Positions 41,690-55,654 of a stretch of DNA of 64,000 nt are shown piece after piece. Origin of the DNA: Eledone cirrhosa (lineage: Eukaryota). The stretch lies in assembly GCA_964016885.1 (NCBI GenBank), contig OZ024741.1:76508001-76572000 (forward strand), written 5' to 3'. Numbering within the stretch: position 1 is the first letter of the stretch; each line of letters begins with the position of its first letter. The position numbers and the translations under genes are program-made. The notes below the pieces were generated by a model. That model searched no databases. It was not told where the DNA came from and was given only the letters and a program-made list of their open reading frames with translations.

Positions 41690-42405
41690 GTCTGTGTTTA
41701 TCATTCCCAGAGCACCTATTATTATAGGGATTGTTTCTGTTTTCATCATCCACTTTCGGCTTATTTCTAACTCTAAATCTTTATATTTGGATAATTTCTC
41801 CATTTCCTTGGTGAATATATTGTTGTTTGTGGAGATAGATACATCAATTAGAAGACATTTCTTTCCTTTGTGGCCTTTGATTATAATATCCAGTCAGTTT
41901 GGCTTTGATCTCTATCATGTGTGTGGATATATTCTCTGGACAACCAAAGATAATGTGCTTAATAGTTTCTTCTCCGTCATCACATATTTGGAAGGTACTT
42001 GCTGTGTTCTGTTTCGTTATGTATATTTTGGTACTTTCTGGCGGAGAAGTTTTGATTTTGTGCTGCAGTTAGCAATCCTTTTGTCACGGCTTTTAGTCCA
42101 GGGTTTTTTAAAACTAATTTGGGGAATTTTGTTGGTCCACTTCCTCCTTATTCAGTTTTTTTTTTTTCGGGTATTGGTCATGTAGGGTGCGTCTTGTCAT
42201 AGTTTTAACATTGCTTTCTGGTCATCTGTTTTCAATTTGGATTTTATCTTTTTCGCAGTTTATTTTGCTGTTACTGCTGTGTTTTCATTTTCCTCATAAT
42301 TATCTGATTTGAATTTGTTGGCTTCCTTAAAAATAGAGAACATTTTTTTTATCAAGTTTCAGGTCTGTTTTTATTAACTTTCCATTATTTCTCATTAGAT
42401 ATTGC
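41690..42405 (-). mobile_element. R4/Dong-like LINE fragment (restriction-like endonuclease C-terminus)
   Basis: LIDVSI, EKLSKYKDLELEISRKW and IPIIIGALG. Confidence 0.75.
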
Positions 42406-43051
42406 GGCATAGGTTAAGTTTAACGTCCTCGAAAATGAAACTAGGTTTTCTGACAAGTGAATGTGTTTTTTTTTTTTTTTTACAATGGAATTTACGATAC
42501 ACTCTTTGTTTATTTACAACAGGTCTCTATAGTGATATGGTGTTAATTAGTATTGCGTGTGTGATTATTTTCTCTTATATATATATATGTGTGGGTGTGT
42601 ATATATATGTGTGTCTGTATGTATATATGTGTGTTTGTATATATATATGTGTTTGTGTCATCATCATCGTTTAGATGTTTTTGTAATATCTTGCCAAAGT
42701 TAGCACCAACTATAAACAAATTAAGGCCGGGTCATAAGAAGGACAGAGAATGATAAGGGATTTGGGTAAAAACATGTAAACGATGATGATGACACAAACA
42801 CATATATATATACAAACACACATATATATACATACAGACACACATATATATACACACATATACACACCCACACATATATATATGAGAAAATAATCACACA
42901 CGCAATACTAATTAACACCATATCACTATAGAGACCTGTTGTAAATAAACAAAGAGTGTATCGTAAATTTCATTGTAAAAAAAAAAAAAAACACATTCAC
43001 TTGTCAGAAAACCTAGTTTCATTTTCGAGGACGTTAAACTTAACCTATGCC
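42406..43051. mobile_element. Non-autonomous Merlin fold-back element (MITE)
   Basis: Long, near-perfect inverted arms starting GGCATAGGTTAAG. Exact 9-bp TSD AGATATTGC at 42397-42405 and 43052-43060. The arms are homologous to 21760-22140. Confidence 0.9.
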
Positions 43052-43551
43052 AGATATTGCTATAGTCCTACAGTGATTATTTTATAACTAGCTGGCCCCG
43101 CGCCGTCAAATATGACAGTTAATTGTAATATGTATACATAATATAAAAAAGAGATGTTTGTTTGTTTGTTGGCTGGTTGGTTCCTTCGCGCTCACTCACA
43201 CAAGTGATACAAACATACACACTCACAGCTGTGACGAATCTTAGAACGCTGGACTTCTATAGTTTCTCACCCCCTCCTCCCCAATCATCATATAGATGTG
43301 TGTGTATGTAATAATTATTTTTTCTAAGTGTCTGTTTATATATGTGTATGTGTAGATTCGTGTGTATTTGTAATTTTATTGTCTATGTATCTTTCCAAAT
43401 AAACACACACAAACACACATATTTACACAAATATCATATAATTTACACAAACACATAATCATAACAGCCAATGTGTGTAGCCAATTCGCTATACATATAG
43501 ACATACACAGATGTAGCGAATATTGGACGCTGCCACCCCTTCCTTCGTTAA

Positions 43552-44533
43552 GTAGACGTTATCACCTCTTCCTTTCTCAGTCGACGTTATCACCCCCTTC
43601 CTATGTCAGTCGACGTTATCACCCCTTCCTTTCTCAGTCGACGTTATCACCTCTTCCTTTCTCAGTTGACGTTATCACCCCTTCCTTTCTCAGTTGACGT
43701 TATCACCTCTTCCTTTCTCAGTCGACGTTATCATCCCTTCTTTTCTCAGTTGACGTTATCACCTCTTCCTTTCTCAGTCGACGTTATCATCCCTTCTTTT
43801 CTCAGTTGACGTTATCACCCCTTCCTTTCTCAGTCGACGTTATCATCCCTTCTTTTCTCAGTTGACGTTATCACCCCTTCCTTTCTCAGTCGACGTTATC
43901 ATCCCTTCTTTTCTCAGTTGACGTTATCACCCCTTCCTTTCTCAGTCGACGTTATCATCCCTTCTTTTCTCAGTTGACGTTATCACCCCTTCCTTTCTCA
44001 GTCGACGTTATCATCCCTTCTTTTCTCAGTTGACGTTATCACCTCTTCCTTTCTCAGTCGACGTTATCATCCCTTCTTTTCTCAGTTGACGTTATTACCT
44101 CTTCCTTTCTCAGTCGACGTTATCACCCCTTCCTTTCTCAGTTGACGTTATCACCTCTTCCTTTCTCAGTCGACGTTATCATCCCTTCTTTTCTCAGTCG
44201 ACGTTATCACCTCTTCCTTTCTCAGTCGACGTTATCATCCCTTCTTTTCTCAGTTGACGTTATCACCTCTTCCTTTCTCAGTCGACGTTATCATCCCTTC
44301 TTTTCTCAGTTGACGTTATCACCTCTTCCTTTCTCAGTCGACGTTATCATCCCTTCTTTTCTCAGTTGACGTTATCACCTCTTCTTTCTCAGTCGACGTT
44401 ATCATCCCTTCTTTTCTCAGTCGACGTTATCACCTCTTCCTTTCTCAGTCGACGTTATCATCCCTTCTTTTCTCAGTCGACGTTATCACCTCTTCCTTTC
44501 TCAGTCGACGTTATCATCCCTTCTTTTCTCAGT
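43552..44533. repeat. 28-bp minisatellite, ~35 copies, with A/B alternation
   Basis: Units gtcgacgttatcatcccttcttttctca and gttgacgttatcacc(c/t)cttcctttctca, with no spacers. Confidence 0.95.
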
Positions 44534-44663
44534 CATCTCTTGTGGCGGACATTGCTGGCCTTGTGCCAAAAGTAGAAATAATTATATATATTAGTAGATA
44601 GTTTTGTAGTTGCATAGGGCCTCTTTCTCCCTGTGTTCGTGATAGCTATTCATTATTGTGGAT

Positions 44664-45270
44664 TGGGCGGTGGATTGGCAGTATCGGTAGAGGGTCGGAC
44701 GCCATGCTTTCCAGCATAGTTACGTCCCTTAACGATCTGAGTTCAAATCCTGCCGAGGTTGACTTTGCCTTTCATCCTTACGGGGTCGATAAAATAAAGT
44801 ACCAGTAATGTACTGGGTATTTGCTGGCCTTGTGCCTAAAGTAGAAACAATTATTGTGGATTGGCAGTATCGGTAGAACGTCAATCACCATGCTTTGAAG
44901 CATAGAGTTATGGCCCTTTGCGTTCTGATTTCAAATCCCGCCAAGGTTAGCTCTGCCTTTCATCCTTACAGGGTCGATAAAATATAGCACCAGTCATGTA
45001 CTGTGGTCGATTTAATCGACTTTCCCCGTCCTCAAAATTGCTGGCCTTGTGCCTAAATAAGAAACCATTATTATTAGGGCGTTGGGTTAGCAGTATCAGT
45101 AAATCATTGGACAACATGCTTTGTGGCATATAGTTACTACCCTTTGCATTCTGAGTTCAAATCCCGCCGAGGTTAGCTTTACCTTTCACCCTTAAGGAGT
45201 TGATTAAATAAAGTACTTTCCCTTCGCCCAAAATTGTTGGCCTTGTGCCTAAATCAGAAACAATCATTAT
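44664..45270 (+). mobile_element. Three tandem copies of the dominant tRNA-derived SINE
   Basis: Head gggcggtggattggcagtatcggtagag, B-box gagttcaaatcc, core gcctttcatccttacggggtcgataaaataaagtaccag, tail gctggccttgtgcc..agaaacaatta. Confidence 0.85.
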
Positions 45271-47399
45271 TATTACTTGAGTTACACATGTGTTTGCTCG
45301 CTCGTCACATTACATGGTAAACTGAACAGCTTTTTTACGTAGACTTTGTTTTTTTTTCTTTCTGATATTTTATTACTGTTTGAGAAAGTAAATATGCTAA
45401 TTCGCCAAACAAACCTTTTATTTTACTTTTTCGTCATCAGACATTTGAATCATGCTAAGAATAGATACGCTCCTAAAATTTCTACAAAATTAAATTAAAA
45501 GACGTATAAAGAAGATAACAAGCATTTTTTTTTTTATAACACACACAGAAAGAAATGCACTTTTCACAGACGAATGTTTTTTTACACACATTTTCACACC
45601 ATACACACACACAAGCATGTTAGCAAACGAGAGATTTTTTTTCAATTGCTCTCAAGAGAACTAAAAACGACATGTGACCAGAGGGGTATGTATGGATGTA
45701 CAAATTATAAAAGCCCCCCGAAAACAACAAAACCATTCTGGAGCTATACCCTATCGCAACACAAGAGGGGAAAACGGTGAGACTGGTGGTATAACACAAA
45801 AGACCTAACTGCTGCATGTGTGATAGTAAGAGCTATTTGAAGTATTATTGTTTGCGGTGCTGGAAGAGGGAGAGAATGAGTTGAACAGTTGTAAAGTCAA
45901 CAGCGCAACAACTGGAACATCAAAGTTCCAATGATGGCCAAAAAATTCACCTTGTTCTCTTAATTCGAAGCCTGCGACCAGAATGGCAAGGACCCAGATG
46001 CTGAGGCCCTGCACCCACTAGAAGTACTCCATTATCTTTCAACAATGAAGATATGAGAGGTGGTGCAGAAATCATGCAGAACAAAATAAAAAATAAATGC
46101 ACCTCTCCCTAAAAGAAACTAAAATAGAGAAACTCACCTTCTTGGAAACCATGGAGTGTACTGTGATAAGGATCTGATGAACTTCTTGGACAACATGCTG
46201 GTGGAGAATGGGACTGAGGATGTAGTGGTTTGTGAAGAGATGGAGGAAGATTATAAAGAACACTCAAAAGATAGTCTAATAGTGAATACTATATCACCAA
46301 TCTACCAGAACTATGTGATGGGTGTAGGCCCCTTCCTGCTCAGTCTGATGCACAAACAGGTTCAGACATTTGGAGCACTATAATATATGCATAGGAATGC
46401 AAAGTATTCAGACTTGTGGAGAGCCTTGATTTAAACCAAGTAGTGGCATTTCCTGTGTATGTGGATGGGTTGCTCTATTTGTTTTCTTATTTCTTTAAAT
46501 TATATCTTTTATCAATTATATCTGTATTTTAAACAATCATCTCATTATTTTGTGGGATCAATTTGAATAATTTTGAAATTGTTAACATGACTTAACATAT
46601 TATGTAATGTCTTTGATTTTCCTCTTTCAAATAATTATATTGTACACTGCCATAGATTATAAGTCTATGTATTATAAGTGTATGTATGAATAGCCTTGGG
46701 TGATAAAATAAAACTTTACTTTTAAGCCAAATTCCCTTTTTCGAGTTTCAACTGAAGTTGATGTGAAAAGTGAAATTTGTTGAAAGGCTGGAGAAAGTGA
46801 ACATGGCCCAAGTGAATGTGTCTATACTCAGCATGTGCCTCTAGGGAGATGTACTTACCCCTTGATAGTCGTGGTAATCATGGATTTTGCGTGGCTGTGG
46901 GATTGACCCTGGCTAACTACCAGAAACAATAACATTTTTATATACACATTACATTTTCATTTTCTTTCTCATTTGATTTCAATGCCCCCCCCCCCCCCCT
47001 CCACACACACACACACTGCCCATGTGATGTTCCCTCAACTGATGTCCTTGTAATCAATAAAATAAATTATTATTATTATTAATATTATTACTGTTGTTAT
47101 TATTATTATTATATTTTGTCATTGAACGATTTTATCTGTGAGTTTGTTGTTTATTTACCTGTTTCTAAAACGATTTATGTTGGAATTTTATCTTATTTTG
47201 TGTCTAAACCAACTGTGAGCCTAAAGAACATGTCAGTTTTCCTTTATGTCCTCTTAAGGACAAAATCTGTTTAAATTACAAATATGTCCCTCTGGGTTTT
47301 TAAAGAAGCCGGAGAAGGAAATGTCTCTGTCATTGACAGAGAACAACCAGTTGTCCACTGAGGGCACCAACTAGAGTTTAACTCAAGGTCACACGACTA

Positions 47400-48300
47400 T
47401 AGAAGACTACAGCAATAACATTATTTTCCTGCTTTGTGCAATATCAGCAGCAAGACAGGCAGTCAGCTAGCCAGCCAACAGATCTTTTGTAAGGGTGCCA
47501 AAAACCTGGAGAGGGTCTTCTACCAAGAAAACCAGGTAAAGGAGGTCAGGTGTATGGTAAAAGAAACAGTCACAGAGCCACCCTCCAGACCCTATCACTG
47601 GTGATTGAGGAAACACATGTCCTGACAGTAACGTATCATACGATGGGCGCAAAGTCACAGAGAATTGAAAGCGCCACTAAATCAAGCATTAAAAATATCC
47701 CTTGGGTGCGCAAAACCCACATCACCTGAAACAAAATGTTTGTAATAGTAGCAGTGAGATTTAGCACCGTCAAAGAGGCTAAATCTCACTTCCTTATAGC
47801 TTTAATGAATAAGGAGAATCTGGGCATAGAAGATGATCAACTAGCCACTCTCTTTTAGAGAACTTTCGATACAAGACCGATGGATAACTTCCAGAAATCC
47901 CTGATCTGGCAGTACTGGTCCAAGATAGACTCGAGATGTACACAGAGTGACAATATCCGTGTAGGACAGATCATGCTACCAATTGAGACCATCGTAAAGA
48001 TAGCCCGCGATCTTTCTTTAGTCAGGAAGGGTGGGCAGATTTCATCTGTCTGGTGGCTATGGTGAAAGAGGTAGTATGGTGAACGTGCTTGAAAGGATTG
48101 AGGACAGGCATTTTGATCTTCGGCAAAGCTCTGAAGGGGAAAATCAGTATAGAGAGAGAAGCTTTGCCTTCCATCCAGTTTGTTGAAAGGTGGATGAGAG
48201 TGGCGAGCATGATCTGAGTGAATGGTCCTGTTCTGAGTATGCACATTATAAGAATTCTCACAAGTGACCCTCGAAAGCCCCATTCCCCAAATATTGGAGA
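47400..48300 (+). mobile_element. L1/Tx1-like LINE 3' fragment, degraded
   Basis: Same family as 33441-33927 (gtggctatggtgaaaga...ggtggatgag), with MDNFQKSLIWQ-type ORF remnants. Confidence 0.55.
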
Positions 48301-49624
48301 ATTTTCTTTTGTTTAAATTTATTGTACTTTTGATGTTTTGTCAACAAAAAAGCCCCATACTGTCTCATCCTTAATGTTTTCTTCATTGTGTAGCTTTGTA
48401 CCTATGCTGAATATCATTGTTATAAATGTTGTTCAAGGCAGTGGAATGGAATAATTAATTGTGTGACGAGTAAAATGACTTGTGGTTTTTACTTTCTCAG
48501 TTCAAACCTGGCTAAAGTCTTGTGCCAGATTTGGAAATCAATATCATTATTGTCTTCGTTAAAAATAATTATTATCTTTACATTCTGAGCTCAAATCCCA
48601 CCAAGGACAACTTTGTTTCTCGTCTTCCAGGGTTGATAGAATGAATAAAATACCAATTAAATACTAATTAACTTTGCCTTCCCAAAAATTACATATTTTA
48701 TTTGTGCTTTAAGAAATGCACTAAGAGTCCCCTGTCTTAAAATAATAAAGTTCACCTTGCAAAACATACATAAGAATGTTTAAAATTGTCTCAAATGCTG
48801 GAGGTTAACAAAAATATTCAAGTTTAAACAAATTCTGTGTAAGAATGCCCTGATAATAGTTACAGATTTTAAGATTGCTGTTTTCTGTTATAGGTAATCA
48901 ATCAATGTTTTTACAAAAGTGACTGTATCATTTTAGCTTTATCAAATGGGATGAATCACATTCCCTAACTGCCATATTGATTTTTTTTCTTTTTATTCAA
49001 CAGCTAGGCCAATGTAATACTTCAGTTTTTCAACTTTCTTTGGCACAAAATTATGGTCATTACATTAGTGCACTATTGTCCTTTTTCTCACAAAAAATTA
49101 TATCAGATTTATTATGTGCTATCTGTATGTGTTCTAAAGTTCCATAGTATTTTCACATTTTTTTGTTTTTAAGATATATATTTTCATAAGAATACCAGAT
49201 AGTGATTTTCTTGAAGCAGTTGAAATTAGCTGGCTAGGCATATTTAGAGCAGCTTTGTAATATCATTGTGTCCCCATGTGTATTTTGTTGGTTCTGGTGT
49301 GGAGCATCCTAAGAAAATTTGGTTTATTATTTCAGAAAATACATCACACATAAAAGAAGCATAGATATTTATAACAAATAAACACTTCATTTAAACTTAA
49401 ATTCCAAGCGCCTTGGTTTTATAGCAAATTCCTTTAATATCTTGTATAATTATTTTTATTATTCTAAATATTTTTCTTGGTAGAAATACAAGCCAGTAGA
49501 GACACCCGTACAGGGGCCATTGTGCATCTTAAAAATAATTGAATTCTGTTCAACATATAGAAGCTTCTTCATTTGCAACCAACATTGCAGGGATGGTCAG
49601 GAAAGGTTGAGTTTCAGACATAAC

Positions 49625-49786
49625 CGGACCTGCCAACCTCTAAAAACCCAAACGGGGAGAAATGAGGCAAAATGTGGAGATTTCACATATTGAAAGCTAT
49701 ACCCATTTTCACAAGAGAAGACATCTCTCACCTATCCCAAAGTGAATGGGAGATCTCCCATCAGACAGAGAGAGTTGACAGGTCTG
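49625..49786. mobile_element. Short DNA-transposon MITE (hAT-like termini); inverted copy at 1248-1434
   Basis: TIRs CGGACCTGCCAACC/AGTTGACAGGTCTG, with a flanking direct repeat CATAAC. Confidence 0.65.
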
Positions 49787-50415
49787 CATAACATACCAGA
49801 AACCCAATTTATGAATTAACTCAAAAATAACATTACTGGATTAAACTTTTTAAAATCATTATCATTGTACATATACCTGAGATCATTTACTAGGGATTAA
49901 CAATCAAGCATATTAGGATATTTGTGCAGCAAAGCTTCTATATATCGCATGGGAAATGTATGGACAAACACTTCCAATTTCTTCACATCAAGTAATTCAA
50001 AATATACAGTGTGGGTTTGGTGCTTTTTTTATCATGACACTCCACGACCACTTTACAGTGGGAGAGGGGGGGGGCATATTGTCTATATGCTTCAGATTCG
50101 GCTTGTACCCGTGGGAAGTTGGGTTTTCTGTATTACTGCGTAACGCCAGTGGTCTCGGTTCTGTCATCTCCTTTGAGAGGTGCAATTGGGGAAGGTCAGC
50201 TTTTATATATATATATATATATGTATGTATATGTTTATATTTTGCCATAACTCAAAAACTGATTACTAAATCTTTATTGTTAATTACATCTGATGATGTC
50301 ACCGAATGTCTTGCGTGGTGATCTGATAACATAAGCCATCATCCATAGAAATACATATTGTGTTTTTACAAAACATTAAAGGAATGTATTGGAATCCAGC
50401 CTTCTTTTTTCCTTG

Positions 50416-50476
<61 letters not shown>

Positions 50477-51444
50477 CTTTGTATTATTTTGGCTACAAAG
50501 CTATACCAGTGGTCCGAGGAGCAAGGGGTTTGTGTTGAAGTGTACTCTTTAAAACTGATTTTTTTAAAATAATATAATATGAATCACTCAACTCATGTAT
50601 TGAATTTCATTTCTTCTGTTTGCACTACCAAGTTGCAGCCTTCCAAATTCCACACAAGATATTGAACAGCTTGAGCTAATAGTAGAAGGCACTTACCCCA
50701 AATTCCACACAGCTAGATGGAATTGAGGAAGCACATGGTTCTGAAACAAAACAACCATGCCTTAGCTCATAGGCCTCAAACTCATGAACTCAAAAGGGCC
50801 ATTACTTCCTAAGGGAGGGGCACAGCAGACCAAGAGTGAGATGAGGTGGGGAGGGGTAGTGTTGGGGTAACAAAAGCAAGAAAGGAGGTATTGGCCTTGG
50901 AGTAGAATGATTCTACTTTTGGCATCTTCCCATGTAACAACAACAGTAACAAAAAGTGTAACAGCACAGTAATAACAACAGCAACAATAAAAAATATCTA
51001 CAAATACAACAGGGGTCTCAAACTCAACGACACAAATGGTCCAATAGTGAGATGGTGAAGGATATCATGATTTCTGCCAGTTATAATGCTAATCTGCAAT
51101 ACAGTTGATAAGTTATCTTTTTTTTTCTTTTCATCAAAATATTTTGAGAGCTCATTGTGTGATATTTATCTGACTGCTGTTTCTTATATATTGAGCCACC
51201 ACATCCTGGTGTATATGTATATGTTTCACGGGCATTTCGCAGTAAATGTTTAAAAATGGGTTTGTTACTTCAAGTGTTAAGACTTGATTGTATAATTAGA
51301 CAGAAGACACCTTGTTGCCTGATTATGGTTGTATTGTATTACTCTGAGACATGTCTATACAGATTTCACATCACTATTAATAAAAATTATGAATATAGAG
51401 ATTTTTTAATTGATAAAAATGGTCCAAGATATTAAATGACATTC

Positions 51445-52530
51445 ATCGTCATCATCATCATTTAACGTCTATCGTCCACACTAGCATGGGTTAGATGGGT
51501 TTGTCCCATTTAGAGGTAAGTTGGGTTGGGTGACCATGTTTCACTCATATAGGACTGTTTCTGACTGATTTTCTACAGCTAGATGCCCTTCCTAGTGCCA
51601 ACAACATTTACAGTGTGTGCTGGGTGCTTTTTGCTGTCTTTTACACGACCTCTTTACTGTGTGGGCTGGGTGCTTTTTGTCGTGACACCTACATGACCAC
51701 TTTACGGTGTGGACTGGATGTTTTGTGGTACCAACATAACATACATATACACACATATATACACATACATATATCATCATCACCACCATTTTACATCTAT
51801 TTTCCACACTAGTATGGTTTAGATGAGTTGTCCTGTTGTGGGCAATACTAGGTCAGGTGACCATATCTTGCTCATACCGGACTGATTCTGGTATGGTTTC
51901 TACAGCTGGATGCCCTTTCTAACGCCAACCTCATTTACAGTGAGTGCTGGGGGCTTTTTGTTGTGATGCCTATACGACGACTTTACAGTGTGGGCTGGGT
52001 GCTTTTTGTCATGACACCTACACGACCCCTTTACAGGGCTGGGGGCTTCACTGGATATATTTACTTTGGCCTGTCCACATGGGGGTGTATGGGAGGGTGG
52101 GTTGGGGCATACTGTATATATGCTTCAGCTTGTGCCCATTGGAGGTTGGGTTTTCTGTATTATTGTGTAACGCCAGAGATCTTGGTCCTGTGTCATCGTC
52201 TTTGAGAGGTGCAATTGGGCAAGGTCAGCTTTTATCATCTCATCCCAAGTCTTCTTGGGTCTCCCCACTCCAAGGCTTCCGTCGACTTTGAGTGCTCTGC
52301 ATTTTTTTATGCAGCTGTCATCCTTCATACACATCATATGTCCATACCAACGTAATCCTGCACACACCATTTGGTTCCTCTTATGCCTAGTTTCTCTCTT
52401 AGTTCATTTATGCATCACTGTTCTTGTATATTACTATTACATATCCATCAGAGCATACAAGCTTCATTTTTTTCTATGCAAGTCTTCTACACACAATGCC
52501 CAGGTCTCACTACCATGCAACATTGCTGTC
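51445..52530 (-). mobile_element. RTE LINE 3' ends with (GAT)n tails; related pieces at ~29690-30130, 50030-50200, 56870-57200 (+) and 62040-62590
   Basis: LRWYGHMMCM...CIKKC...GRPKKTWDE, plus a recurring tail ttctacagctggatgcccttcctaacgccaac. Confidence 0.7.
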
Positions 52531-54241
52531 CATATTATAAACTATAAATGATATTATTTAGTAATGTATATCCCGCCGAGGTTAACTTTGCCTTTCATCC
52601 TTACGGGGTCGATAAAATAAAGTACCAGTAATACACTGGGATAATTGCTGGCCTTGTGCCTAAAGTAGAAACAATTATTTAGTAATGTATATAATTGATT
52701 GCAAGTGTATGTAATTTAGAGCTAAAAGTAGACTGCATTTTACAAAGACGTTCTGAAATATTAATTTGAGCAGACAGACAATATAAAATTGAGTTCTTCT
52801 AGAATACCTTTGAATAAATGGCCATGTAATTAAGATGTTTGCATATCAATAAAATTGTTCTGGATTGATCCCATTTTGCAACATCGTGAGCCTTTGATCA
52901 TAACTTCAGGTCAGGAATTGTGTGTAAATTCAATAGATGGATTGTACCTGTTCTGGTCATTGAGTGTCATTAGCAGACTTCACTATGTCACAGGCATTGT
53001 ATATGGATTAATATATGCTTTTATTCTGAACCACACCGTCCTAGTGCTATCTCTAATTAATTATTTCTACTTTTGGCACAAGGCCAGCAATTATCCTAGT
53101 GTATTACTGGTACTTTATTTTATCGACCCCGTAAGGATGAAAGGCAAAGTTAACCTCGGCGGGATTTGAACTCAGAATGGCAAGGGCCGTAACTCTATGC
53201 TGCAAAGCATGGCGTCCGACCCTGTACCGATACTAGCAATCCAGCAGTGCTATCTCTAATTAATACTAACTTGTCAAGCTTGCACTATATGTAAATAAGC
53301 TCTCAACAAAAGTAGTTTGTTTACAAAATCTATAAGATGGTTTCTTCTACTTCAGTAGCCCATTGTAAATAGGCATTGCTGATGATGAATTTAAAAATCC
53401 TGAAAGTACATGTGTATATTGATTTTACAGAGATGCTGGGGTAGCTGTGAATGACCACAGATAAAAATGCTAACATGTATGTTTATTATACATAAACGTA
53501 TTGCATATAGTTCCATATATGCCTTTAATTCACACATGCACCTGCACACACACATACATGTCTGTTGCTTTCACCAAGTTAACATAAAGACAGGGTCCAC
53601 TACCACTACATTGTCTAAAAGTGTTCCAAAAAATTTGGTTTAGCTCAAACTATGGCTCTTTTTCTAGTTTGCTTCTCAGTATCTCTGCGGGGTATTTCAA
53701 CCTTAAAATTACAACGATAGCCTCAGTTGACTGAAATTTGTTTTCCCTACTCACCATATTTAGAATGCAAAGCTTTACTTTCATGTGTGTGTGTGTACAC
53801 AGTGGTCTTCTGCCCAGTTTCCGTTACCAAATTCCACTCCCAAGGTGCCATGCAATAGAGTTGAACCCATAACCACATGGCTGCTAAATGAATTTCTTAC
53901 CCACACAACGATGTCTACACATATTTATTTACATTCTGCTGTTGTCATCAATAATCATTTGGTTCTCAAGGGTGAGAGATTGACGGATTCATTTAAGCAT
54001 CAGACAAAACGCTTCCTGGCATTTAGTTACAGCACTTTATGTTCTGAGTTCAAATTCTGCCACGGTCAGCTTCGCCTTTCATCCTTCTGGGGTCAATGAA
54101 ATAAAGCGGCAGTAAAGTACTGGGGTCAATATAATCAACTTTCTCCCCTCCTCACAAGTTTCTGACCTTAAGCCTAAATTAAAAATCGTTAATTATTTGG
54201 TTCTTAATTACTTAATTCATCTGTTGATTCATCTAATTTAG

Positions 54242-54644
54242 ATTCCTGTGACCAATGGATTCAATGCAAATACCATTCTTTGAGGAGGTACTTGAAACAG
54301 CTGGAGAAGCTACCAAGTTGTCCATGTGTCTTCCCGAACATCATGTGGCACAACCAGCTGTGGGATGAACACAGAAAAACATATTTCATGTGGGAGGTCG
54401 CCAATTCACCAGGTGATCGCAGAGATATATACAGACCAGGTGCCAAATTCTGCATACGCTCACTTTTGGAGCCAGGTATGATAACACTTGCAGTGCAACA
54501 TTGCTGCTATGATGTAAAACAGAGACTGATCACTCGAGGCAGGGCAGCCGGAACACCAAACCTTATCAGCCCACAGATCTCCTGGGAGTTGCACAAGAAA
54601 ATTGATATATTGCCATGGGTCCTCTGCAAAGGGGATTGGTTGAG
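54242..54644 (+). CDS. ISM: Isthmin-like protein, AMOP-domain exon
   Basis: tttag|..(D)SCDQWIQCKYHSLRRYLKQLEKLPSCPC...CIRS...QHCCY...LITRGRAAGTPNLISP...LHKKIDILPWVLCKGDWLR|gtcagt. This matches the isthmin AMOP domain motifs LPSCPC, QHCCY, GTPNLIS and LPWxxCKGDW. Confidence 0.93.
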
Positions 54645-54829
54645 GTCAGTTTCATGTTTTATACTTTCCTTTTGTTGTTGATGTATGTTACTATTGTTAT
54701 TTTTGGGGTGTGTGATATTATATATTTTTATGAGTTTCATTTGTTGAACTGTATTCGAAAACACACATTGGAAATGACATAATTGTTAGTGTTACTGTAT
54801 ATATGTGGGTAAACAATATGTATGTGGGT

Positions 54830-55100
54830 GGAGGCACATGGCCTAGTAGTAAGAGGGTGTTGGATTTACAATCATAACATCGTGGGTTCGATTCCTAGGT
54901 TGCCTGTTGTGTTCTTGAGCAAAACACTTCATTTCACGTTGCTCCAGTATACTCAGCTGAAAATGAGCACCAGCAAAAGCTAGGGGTTTAACCCTACAAT
55001 GGACTGGCGTCCTGTCCAGGGGGAGTCTAGTACTCTCAGTTGCTTCACGCCATGAAACTAGGATAAACAACAGCCAAATGAGCCTTCTGGCTTAAGACAG
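54830..55100 (+). mobile_element. Second tRNA-derived SINE family (CORE/V-like); related copy at ~4895-5155(-)
   Basis: A-box tggcctagtagtaag, B-box ggttcgattcc, gtgttcttgagcaaaacactt and ccctacaatggactggcgtcctgtccagggg. Confidence 0.7.
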
Positions 55101-55269
55101 ACTTTAGACTTAGACATATGTATGTATCTATATGTCTATGTGTATATGTACACACATACACGTGTGAACACAATTTTTCAGAATCAAAAATGTTTAGTAT
55201 GTATGTTTCTCTTTCTCTTAATTTCGAGTACATTTTTGACCAGCCACCTTCCTGGTGGCAAGGTTGTAT

Positions 55270-55570
55270 AAGAAAAGAAATTGTCCCTTGAATCGAATGT
55301 TTTGCAAATTTTGAAGGTGCCAGCTATCACAGCCATTTGTAGTCTATGAATTAGGGAGTTGCATTCCTTGTCCACAAATCCAAGTTCAGGTATAGTTTGG
55401 TCCAAGTGGGTTGGTATATAACCTGCAGCTCCAATAATGATGGGTATGAAGCTGAAGGTGAATCTTGGATACTGGATGTGCAAACTCCTCATCAATGATC
55501 TATAGATGTCCTCCTTCTCTTGTATTTTTCTTACAACGTTGACATCAAGTGCGCAGCTGATCTCTACAAC
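55270..55570 (-). mobile_element. REL-endonuclease LINE 3' fragment (R4-like)
   Basis: DVNV..K..EKEDIY, FIPIIIGAAG and LQ..I.GT.KI. Confidence 0.65.
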
Positions 55571-55623
55571 ATATGTATGTATGTTTGTATGTATGTATGT
55601 ATGTATGTATGTATGTATGTATG

Positions 55624-55654
<31 letters not shown>

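Noticed and set aside
43552-44533. CRISPR array
   Set aside because: The repeats are contiguous with no unique spacers, there are no cas genes and the context is eukaryotic.
53431-53480. Candidate missing isthmin exon after ttttacag
   Set aside because: All three frames hit stop codons before a usable donor.
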